This document shows, piece by piece, positions 48,472 to 59,341 of a stretch of 64,000 nucleotides of DNA. Numbering within the stretch: the stretch's first letter is position 1; every line of letters begins with the position of its first letter. Source of the stretch: Candidatus Marinacidobacterales bacterium (lineage in GTDB: Bacteria > Acidobacteriota > Vicinamibacteria > Marinacidobacterales > SMYC01); the NCBI GenBank assembly GCA_965237955.1, contig OZ250169.1, positions 1,792,001 to 1,856,000 on the forward strand, in the 5' to 3' direction. The position numbers and the translations under genes are program-made. The notes under the pieces were generated by a model. The model was given only the letters and a program-made list of their open reading frames with translations. It was not told where the DNA came from and ran no database searches.

Positions 48472-50397
48472 GGGCCGCCGACAAAATAACTGTCTAGTTT
48501 TGAGCACACTCTTCCTGTTTCAGATCGTGATCGCGATGTCGTCTGGCATCACGAGAGCCTGGCAAGCTCCCTAGAAACGGAACATTTGTAGATCTTCAGC
48601 AACCAGCGCGTGTTTGACAAACGGTCCTCATTTTAGGGAGGATTACGCCTATCAAGGAGCACTTCTCCTATTATGAGACCTACGAGCTATCAGTCTGAAG
48701 ATCTCGACCGCCTGTTGAGGAAGCACAAAATAGCTACCCTCGATGATTTGAAGGCAGTGTTGGGTACCGATGTGGACTCGACCGTCTTCCGAAAGCTCAA
48801 TGAGTTGGCGTATCGGACAAGCTACTCCCACCGTGGTAGCTACTACACGTTGGACGAGATCGCCCAGTTCGATCGAAAAGGTCTTTGGTCGTTGCGCTCA
48901 GTGTGGTTCTCGAAGTACGGGACGTTGCTTGCGACGGTAAAAGCGTTGGTCGCGGCCTGTGAGGCAGGCTACTACGTCGACGAGCTCGAGGACGTGGTGC
49001 AGGTTGACGTCAAGGCTCCTCTGTTGAAACTGGTCCGAGAGAAAAGATTGGCGCGCGAGCAGGTGTTCGGCCGATATCTGTATCTGGCCACCGATGTGAG
49101 CACGCGCAAGCAACAGCTCTCGGCCCGCCAGGTACATGAGGCGTCACCTTCCACGTTGGGCTGGGTCGGGGGAGTCCGCGTGCTCCCCGTGGAGTTGAAG
49201 GCTGCGATCGTTCTTTTCTACAGCCTGCTCGATGAAAAGCAGCGCCGTCTCTACGCGGGAGTCGAGGCCATGAAGCTCGGTCACGGTGGCGACCAACAGA
49301 TTGCCGAACTGCTCGGGATGGATCCGAGCACGGTAGCCAGAGGTCGTAGGGAATTGCTAATGAGAGATGTTGAGCTCGACGGAGTTCGGCGAAAGGGTGG
49401 CGGACGGCGCGCCGTGCAAAAAAAACGCCAGAAGTCATCGCCAAGATCGAAGAACTCATGAAGCACGACACCGCGGGCGATCCGATGACGGGAGTGAAAT
49501 GGACGCGGCGGACCACCGACAAGATTGCTTGCGAGCTAAGAAGCCTCGGTGTGAACGTCAGCAGCAAAACCGTCGGTCGACTGCTCAAACAGCTCGGCTT
49601 CTCGTTGCGGGTGAACCACAAGAAGCTGTGCGGTGCCACGTCCGAAGATCGCGATACCCAATTCGCGTGTATCGCCGAACTGCGCGAGCGTTTTGCCGCA
49701 GCTGGTCATCCCATCATCAGCGTAGACACGAAGAAACGGGAGCTGGTGGGATTATTCAAAAACGGCGGGCAGGCCTGGAACCGCGAGCCGACTCTCGTCA
49801 AAGACCATGACTTCCGTTCCGAATCGAACGGCATCGCAATCCCCTACGGCGTCTACGATCTGCTCGCGAACCGCGGGACAGTGTTCATTGGTACCTCGTA
49901 CAACACCCCGGACTTCGCCGTGAATGCCATCGAGAAGTGGTGGCGAACGGAAGGACGGCGACGCTATCCTGCAGCCCGTGACCTCGCGATATTGGCAGAC
50001 GCCGGGGGCAGCAATGGCTATCGGTGTCGGGGTTGGAAGCACGGGCTTCAAACGCGGATTTGCAATCGCCACGACATCGCTATCACCATAGCCCACTATC
50101 CGTCCGGTACATCCAAGTGGAATCCAGTGGAGCACCGTCTGTTCAGCGAGATCAGCAAGAACTGGGCGGGCAGGCCTCTCGACAGCTACGAAACCATCCT
50201 CAAATACATCCGCACGACCACCACCTCTTCCGGTTTGCGGGTACGCGCACACCTTATCCGGCGTCGTTATCCGAAGGGCGTCAAAATCACTGACGAGCGG
50301 ATGCAGGCGCTTTCCGTTACAAAGGACCAGACTCTACCCAAATGGAACTACACCATCCGACCGTCTTGAAAACGGGAACTTATTTTGTCGCCGGCCC
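48472..50397 (+). mobile_element. ISAzo13-family insertion sequence
   Basis: IRs GGGCCGCCGACAAAATAA / TTATTTTGTCGCCGGCCC (17/18); 3-bp direct repeat TAA at 48469-48471 and 50398-50400. Confidence 0.92.
48673..50369 (+). CDS. ISAzo13-family transposase (two ORFs joined by a -1 frameshift at A8 49418-49425)
   Basis: LDEKQRRLYAG and R..GGGR in ORF1; GDPM, ISVDTKKRELVG, DHDF, DAGGSN and TSKWNPVEHRLFS in ORF2. Confidence 0.92.
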
Positions 50398-50462
50398 TAA
50401 GGGAAATTCTTAGGCTAAACTCATTTCAAAGGTTTGTCCGTCTTTTCCAATCCAGAGTCACC

Positions 50463-52043
50463 ATGATCCCGAACGCCGAGCAGTTGAGAGCCATCTCGCA
50501 GATGACCAAGGGGGACTTGGGCGAGATCCCCTTTCCGGTGCTCTTACAAGCGCTCGCCGTCCACAAACGCTCGGTAGTCCTCAGTATCGAGAGACGGCAG
50601 CTCAAAAAAGAGATCATTCTCGAGAACGGGATTCCTGTCGACTGCCATTCCAACCTGCTCCAGGACACCCTCGGGAAGTTCATGGTGGCGCGGGGCGCCC
50701 TTCATGGTGAGCAGAATCATCAAACTCTCAGCCAGAGCGCCACCACCGGGCAGCCGTTCGCTGAGATCCTGGTCGCGGACGGTCTGATCAACGCCTCCGA
50801 GCTCTACAAGATCCTCCAGCAGAACCTGGCGAAAAAGCTCCTCGACGGCTTCTCGTGGCGAAGCGGTACGTTCCAAGTTTCCACCAACTTGCCGCAGGTC
50901 GACTCACCGCTCAAGGTCAAAGCGCCTCAGCTCGTGCTCACCGGAATCTCGAAGTTCGCTCCCGAGGACGAGATCGCGGAAGCGATCGCCGGCCTCGAGG
51001 GAAAGCGGATCCTGTTCAACCCCAGACCCCCGTTCCCGCTCAAGGAGCTCCGCCTCACCAAGGATCATCAGGAGATTCTCGGGCTGGTCTCGCTCGGGAA
51101 GACGACCGAGGAGCTCGAGGCGGAATCGGGAATGGAGAAGGCCAAAGTGTTGCGCCTGCTCTACGCTCTCGCCGTGATTGGCGTGGCCTTGCCTGAAGAC
51201 TGGATCGTTCACGACGCCGTCGAGGCCACACCCGATATGGATTTTGCCGGGGTTGGTGGACGCTGAGCCAGAACCGGCTCCCGCGGCTACGACGCCGGCC
51301 GTGGACGTCGACAAGCTCAAAAACGAAGTCATGGAGGCTTATCTGCTTCACCGCAAGCAAGACGCGTTCGATCTTCTCGGTATCGCGGACGATGCGACCC
51401 GGGACCAGGTCGACGAGGCGTATTTGGCATTCGGTGAGAAATACGCTCCGTGGACTATGAGCCAGCCGGGCCTCGAAAGCCTGACAGAGAAGGCGCGCGA
51501 CCTGTTCATCGCTGGCGGCCGAGCGTTCGGCGAGCTGTGTAACCCGAAGACGCGGAACTCGCTCGTCGCGCGGCGCAACAGCGCGTTCAAGGAGAAGCTC
51601 GTTCCGGAAGAGGCGCGGAACGCTTTCGCCATCAAGTCGAACCTTCTCGATTCCGAAACGCAGTTCAATAAGGGCGTCGAGCTCATGAAGGAGGGCCAGT
51701 ACGCCGACGCCATCGAGCAACTACAATTCGCGTACGACTGTGAGCCCCAGAACAGCGAGTACCGTGCCGAGCTCGCTTTCTGCAAATACCGCAAGGACTC
51801 TCAAATCGAAAAGGACAACTCCCTCCAAGAGCTACGAGAGACGCTGCGCATCGAACCGGACTCCGGGCTCGCGCTCTACTATGCCGGCACGATCTACGGC
51901 GAGACTGGAGACTTCGCGAACGCCGAGCCGTTCCTGCAACGAGCGATCAAGCTCATGCAACCCGATCGCCGTCCTATCGATGCGCTGAGGCAATTCAAAA
52001 CCGCCGAGAGAGACAAACCTTTAAAAAGCGCCGCTTCTTTTAG
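50463..52043 (+). CDS. DUF4388-like + DnaJ-like + TPR protein (apparent homopolymer frameshifts)
   Basis: N-terminal KGDL...PFP.LL..L (DUF4388-like), J-like FDLLGI...A....V..AY lacking HPD, and TPRs. An extra G at 51249-51252; a probable missing A at 52023-52027 would give a KKRRFF* end. Confidence 0.75.
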
Positions 52044-52057
52044 CTACGAAAAGACTC

Positions 52058-52153
52058 AACGCAAAGGCGCAACGTCGCCAAGGCGCAAAGAGGTCCTCGC
52101 CGAGAGAGAACACTTTGCGTCCTTGCGTCCTTGCGTCTTGGCGTCTTTGCGTT
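52058..52153. repeat. Octamer (CGCAAAGG / CCTTGCGT) inverted-repeat element
   Basis: AACGCAAAGGCGCAACGTCGCCAAGGCGCAAAG ... TTTGCGTCCTTGCGTCCTTGCGTCTTGGCGTCTTTGCGTT between convergent genes. Confidence 0.8.
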
Positions 52154-52177
52154 AGTTCTTTTACGCGGCGAATGAGG

Positions 52178-53011
52178 TCACTTGCGGCGGGTGGTTTTTG
52201 GGGCCCTTTTAGGCTGGGGGACGAAATCCTTGCCGATCTTGGTCTCGAAGCCGGCCGCCTGGCGGTGGCCTCCGTTTTGAAACTGCTGCGCGATGCGAGA
52301 CACATCGAAGTCTTCACGAGAGCGAAGCGACCACTGCCGAATCCCGTCTCCGCGATCGAAATAGATGACGGCAAAAGGAGCGTCGTGGCGCTTCAAGAGC
52401 TCTGCGCCTACTTCGGAGCCGAGCACGGCGGCATTCACGACCGGAACCCGATATCCCGCTAGGGTCTCGAAACGAACCTGATCACACAGAAGTGCGACTT
52501 GCTGGCGCTTGTACCGCAAGATGGGCTCGCCCTCGTCCGCGAGCTCGGCGATGTCGAGGTCGTTCCAGACTCGGAAATCCATGCGGTAAGCGCTCAGCGC
52601 GGCGAATACCTCGCGGCTTCGGGGTAGCTGGTGAAGCCAAAGATCGCTATCCATCACATAGCGTAGAAGCTCGGGTACCGGTCTTCCGGTGTTGAAGAAC
52701 TCCCACGCGAGCACCGCGCCGCTCTTTTCGTTGTCGAAGATCGCGTATTCGAGCCCCTCGAGCTCCTCCTCCGCCGTTTGGTGATGGTCGATCACGGTGA
52801 GCGCTTCGAAGCGCTCTCGCATCTTCACGATGACGTGGCGCGGGTAGCAGAAGTCCAGAATATAGACGGTCGCGCCGTCTGGCAGCGCGGGCGGGGGATT
52901 GCCGTGGCGCACGGGAAGATAGTCGGCGTCGTCGCCGAGCTTCTGCCAGGCGGCCCACGCCGCGCCGAATCCGTCAGCGCAATGCGCATGGTAGAGGACG
53001 ATGGGTTGCAC
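52178..53011 (-). CDS. DHH/DHHA1 phosphoesterase (NrnB-like)
   Basis: YH..C.DG, LDF, IDHH, SLRS and GGH..AAGF motifs. Confidence 0.9.
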   Translation of the reverse strand: MQPIVLYHAHCADGFGAAWAAWQKLGDDADYLPVRHGNPPPALPDGATVYILDFCYPRHVIVKMRERFEALTVIDHHQTAEEELEGLEYAIFDNEKSGAVLAWEFFNTGRPVPELLRYVMDSDLWLHQLPRSREVFAALSAYRMDFRVWNDLDIAELADEGEPILRYKRQQVALLCDQVRFETLAGYRVPVVNAAVLGSEVGAELLKRHDAPFAVIYFDRGDGIRQWSLRSREDFDVSRIAQQFQNGGHRQAAGFETKIGKDFVPQPKRAPKTTRRK

Positions 53012-53160
53012 AGGCTCGATCCTAACTCAAGATGTGGCCGTCAGCAGAGCGCTGTGCTAGGATTCCGGGTTCTGGCGCCGTATCCTCGCGGTTCTCGCAC
53101 AGGGCCTAGATACCCAAAAATGACACCTGAGAAACTCTCTAGGAAAGGATGACTCCCAGC

Positions 53161-54201
53161 ATGAAACGTGGTCTTGCGTTTTTCTTGTCGTCGATGCTCC
53201 TCGTGACGCTCATCATCGGCTGTGGCGCCGATGGCGGCAGCTCGCCCACCACACCAACGACACCCCAACCACCTACTACGGATTCCTCGCTGACCGCTCC
53301 CACGATCCGCTCGCCCGAGCAGGGTGAGCAGCTCGAAGAGCTCAAACCCGAGCTCGAGATCGGAAACGCCACCGGCGGTTCCGGAGCGCGGACTTACACT
53401 TTCGAGGTCGCCCGCGATGGGGCGTTCCAACAGATTGTCGCGATGGAGACCGGCGTCCGCGAAGGCCGCGGCGGCATTACCGCCTGGCAAGTCAGTGAAA
53501 CGCTCGAGGCGGACTCGAAGTATTTTTGGCGCGCGCGCGCGCGCACGAGCGCCGGTAGCGGACCGAGCTCCGCGAGCTCGGAGTTTCGCATCAAGTCAGG
53601 CTTTACCCGAGACCGCCCCTCCGGCGGTCTCGTGGTTTTCGATCCGCTGACCGGCGGCTCCATCGGTCAGGTGATGGGCGGGCGGTTCGTCGCCGGAGGC
53701 TGGCAAGCGCAATCCAAGGCCGATTGTATTCGCTACCAGATACCGGTACTCCCCGAGGGGAGGATCGAGCTCGAAACGACGAACCTGGGCACGCCCAACC
53801 CGTTCCCCGGAAAACGCATGCTCATCAGCATGTGGGACCCCTCGAAGGGCGAGTACACGACGAACCCGTTCCGGATGCACCTGCAGAAGCTCGACCGCTC
53901 CACGGTACGAGTGAACGACGTGCGCCTTCGCTGGATCTCCCGCGGCCAAGAAACGAACGTCGGGATCACGTTTTTCGACTTCGAGCCCAGCATCGTCTAC
54001 TCGTGGCGTATCGAATGGGGCACGTTTCCCGGTATCCCTTCGCAGCATGTGAAGGTGTTTCTCGAGGGTCTCGAGATCCTCAACCGCAACTACGATAGGC
54101 CCTACCGCCCGAACCCCCACTGGGTCGAGCTCGGCAACTGCGATCGTGAAGAGACGCTCGAGCAAGCTATCTGGTCCAATTTGAGAATCGGGACGCGTTA
54201 A
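53161..54201 (+). CDS. Hypothetical lipoprotein with an Ig/Fn3-like region and a beta-rich C-terminal domain
   Basis: Lipobox IIGC, Pro/Thr linker, YTFEVA...F and YFWRARA. An alternative start is at 53149. Confidence 0.75.
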   Translation: MKRGLAFFLSSMLLVTLIIGCGADGGSSPTTPTTPQPPTTDSSLTAPTIRSPEQGEQLEELKPELEIGNATGGSGARTYTFEVARDGAFQQIVAMETGVREGRGGITAWQVSETLEADSKYFWRARARTSAGSGPSSASSEFRIKSGFTRDRPSGGLVVFDPLTGGSIGQVMGGRFVAGGWQAQSKADCIRYQIPVLPEGRIELETTNLGTPNPFPGKRMLISMWDPSKGEYTTNPFRMHLQKLDRSTVRVNDVRLRWISRGQETNVGITFFDFEPSIVYSWRIEWGTFPGIPSQHVKVFLEGLEILNRNYDRPYRPNPHWVELGNCDREETLEQAIWSNLRIGTR

Positions 54202-54294
54202 TAAGCTCCCGATCCTTATTCCCCTTTCATAGAAGGGGAAAGGGTGGCTCAATCCGAGTGCAGCGCCGGGTGAGCGGCTACTCCTGGGATTCGT

Positions 54295-55680
54295 CTACTC
54301 GTCCGTCTCGTCCGCGTCTTCCTTCACTTGAATCAGATCACCCCGCACCAGATGAATCTTGTCGAAGCTCTCCGCTGAGATGACGTAGTACCAGGGGGCG
54401 AAGCGCTCGGAGAGCTCTTCCGACGTCTCCTGACCCTCTGCGATCTCGTCCTCCCAGCTCTTGTGGTCGTCCGCGAGTTTCTTGTTCTCTTTGTCGTCGT
54501 CCGACCATTCGCTTTGTTCTTTGTCCTCGAAGTCGCGGTTCGCCGGTCGCGGAGGCTCCGGGAGTGCCGAGCCGTCGAAATCGGCGGTGATGAAGAGATA
54601 GCGGTTCTCTCCCGGTCCAGCTTCCTCTTCGCCGGTCGAGTCGTCGCCGGCGCTGATGGCTTCACCGCTTCCGTACAAAATCTCTCCGAAGCGAAGCGTG
54701 TAGAAGACTCCTTCGTCGGTTCGCACCTGTAGCTCGCCTTCGTTCGACAGGAGGTCGCCGGTACGGGTCAGATAGAAGCCACGACTCTGCAACGACAAAA
54801 CGTCCGCGCGAGAGATCGTCAGTCCCGACAACCGTTCGTCGATGCCTTCGGGCTTGGGCCGAACGCCGACGATGGAGAGATTATCCACCGCGCGCAACAA
54901 GTCGTTCATTTTCGTCGAGTCGACTTCCTGGTTGGCGCGCATGCCGTTCGCGGTCCAGGTGCCGTCGTTCTTGTCGAGGGTGACGGTATCGCGTTCATCG
55001 ACCATGAGCGTGCGCTCGTTGATCGAGTAGTCTTTCAGGATCACGTGGCCGATGTTCGTTTGCTGAACTTCGAGAAGATCGCTCTCGATCCAGTCTTCGA
55101 ACTTCGTCGAAATGTCGACGTCGATCTTGGCTGCGTAGACACGCTTTTGTCCTGGTACCCGAACGAAGTGGAAGTTCTCGCGACCTTCGATCTCGTTCCC
55201 GACGATGATGTCGGCGAGGATCTTGTCGTTTTCGCCCTTGATGGTGACACGCTTGCCCCGGCCGCGGAGGCTCGTCGCCGTTTCGTCGAGCGGGTCGAGG
55301 ACACCGAGTGTTTCGTGGTCGGCGACGTTGTCCGAGCGAAAGTCGTCTTTGGTGACGGTGATGATGCCGGCGGCCGTCTCGGCGAGTCGATCTTCGCCAT
55401 CGGCGACGTAGTTGTGGTGCGACGGGATTGTCCACAGCCCGTTCTGATTGGTGACCTTGAACGGTCGCGCTGCCGCGGTATCCTCGTCGAACTCGATCAC
55501 CTCGAGCGTGGTCGCGACGTTGGGATCTTCGAAGTCCGGAAAAAACGGCTCACCTTGGTCGAGGAAAGCGCTCGGCGTCACGTTGCGGGGTGCGGTGACG
55601 ATGGCGACGATCATAAGGAGCAGCGCGGCGCCCGCCAGTGTTTTGGTGAGCTTCAGCTCGCTCTCTCGTTCTTCTACCAT
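54295..55680 (-). CDS. DUF4340-like protein of the Gld-type ABC operon
   Basis: N-terminal TM segment, W..PS...Y.AD; operonic with the GldFG-like and GldA-like genes. Confidence 0.75.
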   Translation of the reverse strand: MVEERESELKLTKTLAGAALLLMIVAIVTAPRNVTPSAFLDQGEPFFPDFEDPNVATTLEVIEFDEDTAAARPFKVTNQNGLWTIPSHHNYVADGEDRLAETAAGIITVTKDDFRSDNVADHETLGVLDPLDETATSLRGRGKRVTIKGENDKILADIIVGNEIEGRENFHFVRVPGQKRVYAAKIDVDISTKFEDWIESDLLEVQQTNIGHVILKDYSINERTLMVDERDTVTLDKNDGTWTANGMRANQEVDSTKMNDLLRAVDNLSIVGVRPKPEGIDERLSGLTISRADVLSLQSRGFYLTRTGDLLSNEGELQVRTDEGVFYTLRFGEILYGSGEAISAGDDSTGEEEAGPGENRYLFITADFDGSALPEPPRPANRDFEDKEQSEWSDDDKENKKLADDHKSWEDEIAEGQETSEELSERFAPWYYVISAESFDKIHLVRGDLIQVKEDADETDE

Positions 55681-58389
55681 TTACGCTCCCTCCCTCAGAC
55701 GATGGGCCGCTAGGGCGCCTTCTCGCTCGCGTTCTCTGCGACGGATGAAGATGTAAACGCCGAGCAAAAATACCGGAATCGGCGGCAGCAGTACCGCCAA
55801 CGTGCGGATGCCGCTCTGAATGCGCCGAATCTGGGACTCCATTCTTTGCTCGCTCGCTCGAATCTCGGCGTCCTTCTCGGCGTCGATGTTGGTCTTGAGC
55901 ACGTCGAGCTTTCGGTTTTCGACCTCTTCGAGGTTGCGCGCCATGATTTGCTTTGTCTGGGCGTCCACGTCGTCGCGGACCCGCACTTCGGCGACTTTCT
56001 CGTCCAGCCGGCGTTGTGCCGCGGCGAGCGCCTGCTCGGCGCGCATCTCGGCTTGCGACTCTTCCTGCGTGCGCTGCTCGATGAAATCGCGGGTCTGATT
56101 CTCCACGCGCTCCAGTGTTCGGTGCCGAACCCGCCGGTTCCGGAGAGCCACAAAGGACTCGTCGCCGACGAGCGTGTCCATGGCGTTGAGGAAGAACGTG
56201 ACGTTGTCGAAGTTCAAGTTGCCGGGGCCAATCCGCCGGATCTCGAAGAACTGCTCCGAGATGAAGTCGAGGTCGGCGATGGCGATGACGTGAAGTGGCG
56301 GCCGGGCGGCGACAGCGTTCTCATCGTCGTCCTTGTCGGGCTCGTCGGGCTCGCCCGCGTCCTCTGTGCTGCGCACTTCGGCTGCGAGCGTGTACGTCAT
56401 CGGGTCCGGTTGGTGCGGCAAGTTGCGATTCAACTGAGAGCCCAGGAAATTCCGTTGGACCATCTGGAAATAAGGAAAGCGTCCCGAGATCGCGCCCGAC
56501 TGCAACAAAGCACGATAGGTCAGACCCTCGGCGGAAGCCGAATCGATGTGACCTGGATAGAGCAGCACCAGCTGTTGGAGCTTGGCGCTGGCCGCGTGGG
56601 CTTCGTTGAAGACTTCCGGGTTCTGATTACCGTGACCGAGGAACACGACTTCGGGTGGCAAGTGCGCCAAGTCCGGATGGGGGTTGTAGGTGTCCCACGT
56701 GATCATGGCCGGATCCCACCGGAAACCCAGGCCGGTGAGAAAGCCGCGGATATCGCCTTTCGGCTGTGCGGGTGGCTGTTGCTGCCGCATGAACGGGTTC
56801 TGGCTCGCTCCGGGCTGCTCCGATGGAGCGAGACTCAAGTTCACGATGGGAAGCGGATCCACGAGCAGAAGCGCCGGCGTGCCTAGTCGTATAAAGTCGG
56901 CCACGTTGTCCATTTGCTCTTGGGTGAGCGACGAGGGTAGGGCCACGAGGAGGCCGTCGACGTCTTCGGTGACGGGATTATCCGGCGTGATCTGAACGAC
57001 CTCGTACTGCTTGCGAAGCTCTTCGACCACCGACCACGACGGCGTCGACTGCATCGTCTGAAAGTCCAGCCCGCCGAACAGGCGCAGCGCGGTGTTGATG
57101 ACCCCTATTGTCTTCCGTTCGGTGTTGGCAACGACGCGAATGCTGCGCGCGATCTCGTACTCGGCCGGCAGCCCGCGATCGAAGAACGGGATGACCTGCT
57201 CCTCACCGCCGCAGGTAAAAGCGAGACCCAGGAAGACTTCGCTGAAGCCGGCGCGCGCTCTCTGGTGGTTCGGGATCTGCCGCGGCCCAATACCGAACTT
57301 CTCTCTTGCTTCCCGGGCCTCCTCGCTGAACGGCTCGGTATCGTAGATTGCGATCTGAACGCGTCCGCCGCTCGCCGATGCCACGTCCTTGAGGAGGCCA
57401 ACGACGTTCGCCCGCGTCTGCACGTACTGCTCGGGAACCGTCGGGCTGATGTAGGCCTGCACGAACACCGGCCGATCCCTGTCGATCTGGCCAACCAACG
57501 CCTTGGTCTCGCGGTTCAACGAGTGGAGCCGCTCGGCGGTTCCATCGACACGGAGGCCGAGTCGGCTCACGATCGAAACGCCAGCGACGAGGATGACGAC
57601 GACGGACACGGCGCGCACGAGATGATGTGTCGACATGCGAACCCCGTCTGCCTCACGCGGCCAGTGACGCTGGCTGACGAGGAGCACGTTCAGGTACAGG
57701 AACACGCCGGTGACCGAAACGAAGTAGAGAGCTCCGGTGAAGCTTACGACACCGCGCGCGAAGTCCTCGAAGTGATGGAAGATGCCGAGAGGCGCCACGA
57801 TCCGCGCGAGATCGACGCTCAACGTCCCCGCCATCGCTTCGATGAAAACGCCCATGCTGCAAAAAACAGCGCCGAGAATGAAAGCGATGGTCACGTTCGA
57901 AGAGAGCTGCGACGCCAGCATACCGACCGCGATGAGCGTCGCGCCTATTAGCCAGTAGCCCAGGTAGTTCACCAACATCAGGCCCAAGTCGGGGCTGCCG
58001 AGGAAAAGAAGCACGACGACGTGGCTGAGCGAGAGCACGAGCGACACGGTATAGATGCCGAGCGCCGCGCCGTATTTCCCGAGCACGACTTCTAGATCCG
58101 TCGCCGGCAGCGTGAACAGCAGCTCGTCCGTACCCTGCTTCTTCTCTTCCGCCCATATCGACATGGTGAGCGCGGGCACGAAGAACACGAGGAGGTACGG
58201 AAAGACCGCGTTCAGCTGGTCGAGGTTGGCGAGGTTGTTCAGGAAGAAGCGATCCTGCCAGAAAGCAGCCGCCGCGCTCAAGAAAATGAAAAGGGTAATA
58301 AAGACATAACCAGTGGGATTGCTGAAGTACATGCGCAGATCCCGCTTGGCGATGGCGCGGACGATGTTCCAATTCACGTCTTTGATCAT
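55681..58389 (-). CDS. GldF/GldG-like fused ABC-2 permease and auxiliary domain
   Basis: YF.NP.GY, PALTM..WAEE...GT.ELL.TLP, D.T....HSL...T, EYEIARSI and DLDF motifs. Confidence 0.88.
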   Translation of the reverse strand: MIKDVNWNIVRAIAKRDLRMYFSNPTGYVFITLFIFLSAAAAFWQDRFFLNNLANLDQLNAVFPYLLVFFVPALTMSIWAEEKKQGTDELLFTLPATDLEVVLGKYGAALGIYTVSLVLSLSHVVVLLFLGSPDLGLMLVNYLGYWLIGATLIAVGMLASQLSSNVTIAFILGAVFCSMGVFIEAMAGTLSVDLARIVAPLGIFHHFEDFARGVVSFTGALYFVSVTGVFLYLNVLLVSQRHWPREADGVRMSTHHLVRAVSVVVILVAGVSIVSRLGLRVDGTAERLHSLNRETKALVGQIDRDRPVFVQAYISPTVPEQYVQTRANVVGLLKDVASASGGRVQIAIYDTEPFSEEAREAREKFGIGPRQIPNHQRARAGFSEVFLGLAFTCGGEEQVIPFFDRGLPAEYEIARSIRVVANTERKTIGVINTALRLFGGLDFQTMQSTPSWSVVEELRKQYEVVQITPDNPVTEDVDGLLVALPSSLTQEQMDNVADFIRLGTPALLLVDPLPIVNLSLAPSEQPGASQNPFMRQQQPPAQPKGDIRGFLTGLGFRWDPAMITWDTYNPHPDLAHLPPEVVFLGHGNQNPEVFNEAHAASAKLQQLVLLYPGHIDSASAEGLTYRALLQSGAISGRFPYFQMVQRNFLGSQLNRNLPHQPDPMTYTLAAEVRSTEDAGEPDEPDKDDDENAVAARPPLHVIAIADLDFISEQFFEIRRIGPGNLNFDNVTFFLNAMDTLVGDESFVALRNRRVRHRTLERVENQTRDFIEQRTQEESQAEMRAEQALAAAQRRLDEKVAEVRVRDDVDAQTKQIMARNLEEVENRKLDVLKTNIDAEKDAEIRASEQRMESQIRRIQSGIRTLAVLLPPIPVFLLGVYIFIRRREREREGALAAHRLREGA

Positions 58390-59141
58390 GATGCCGGTGC
58401 CTCTGCCGTGTTCTCGTTCTGGGTCAGACGATAGAACGGTTCCTCGAGCGAGCCGCCTTCTTTGAGCTCGTCGGCGGTGCCTTCGAACACCAGCCGGCCG
58501 TTGTGAACGAACAGCACGTGGTCGGCGATCGCCGCGACCTCTTGAAGAATGTGCGTCGAGATGAGGATGGTCTTGTCACGCCCGAGCTTCTTGATGTTGT
58601 TGCGAAAATGACGAATCTGGTTGGGGTCGAGCCCCGCGGTGGGCTCGTCCATGATGAGGACGTCCGGGTCGTGAAGAAGCGCTTGCGCGAGCCCGACGCG
58701 CTGGCGCAAGCCGCGCGACAGCTTGCTGATGGGCTTTTCCAGAACCTCGTGGAGCGCACACAGGTCGCGAACGTCGGCGATCCGCCTTTTGAGCGTCGTC
58801 GGGTCGATCTCGCGCGCCTCGCCGAAGAACTCGAGGAGCTCGAGCGGCGTCATATCGAGATAGAGCGGTCCGTTCTCGGGCAGATAGCCGAGTCTCTTCG
58901 ACGCCGCGATCCGTTCTTTGTGGACATCGAGTCCCGCGATCCGAGCGGAGCCTGCGCTCGGCGCGAGATAGCCGGTGAGCATTTTCATCGTCGTCGTCTT
59001 GCCGGCGCCGTTCGGCCCTAAAAAGGCCACGATCTGCCCCTCGGGTATCGAGAAGCTGATGTTGTCCGTCGCGACGAAAGGCCCGTAGTACTTGGTCAGG
59101 CCACAGGCTTCGATCATCGTTTTCGAAGATGCTTCCTCCAT
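58386..59141 (-). CDS. ABC transporter ATP-binding protein (GldA-like)
   Basis: GPNGAGKTT, LSRG, MDEPT.GLDP.Q and STHIL.EV motifs. Confidence 0.92.
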   Translation of the reverse strand: MEEASSKTMIEACGLTKYYGPFVATDNISFSIPEGQIVAFLGPNGAGKTTTMKMLTGYLAPSAGSARIAGLDVHKERIAASKRLGYLPENGPLYLDMTPLELLEFFGEAREIDPTTLKRRIADVRDLCALHEVLEKPISKLSRGLRQRVGLAQALLHDPDVLIMDEPTAGLDPNQIRHFRNNIKKLGRDKTILISTHILQEVAAIADHVLFVHNGRLVFEGTADELKEGGSLEEPFYRLTQNENTAEAPAS

Positions 59142-59341
59142 CGAACGAATACCTCCTGAGCGATCGTTGTCGTTAACGGTCGGCAGGCGGGAGCGCGCGC
59201 GACCGAACCAGATTCTACTCAAAGCGTTTCGCGGAGACAAGTCGATTGCACGCTGTAAGCGATACAAATAAAAGATTTAAACCCAGGTAGTGAAATAACC
59301 CTTTGAAAAAGCTTAGTATTCGAGCCTAAGCCGTCGACCAC

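Noticed and set aside
46331-50397. Composite transposon carrying Rieske-phhB
   Set aside because: The flanking IS elements belong to different families, and ISAzo13 has its own target duplication, indicating an independent insertion.
52044-52155. C-terminal extension of the TPR ORF
   Set aside because: It runs through the octamer repeat element; one missing A at 52023-52027 would end the gene at 52043.
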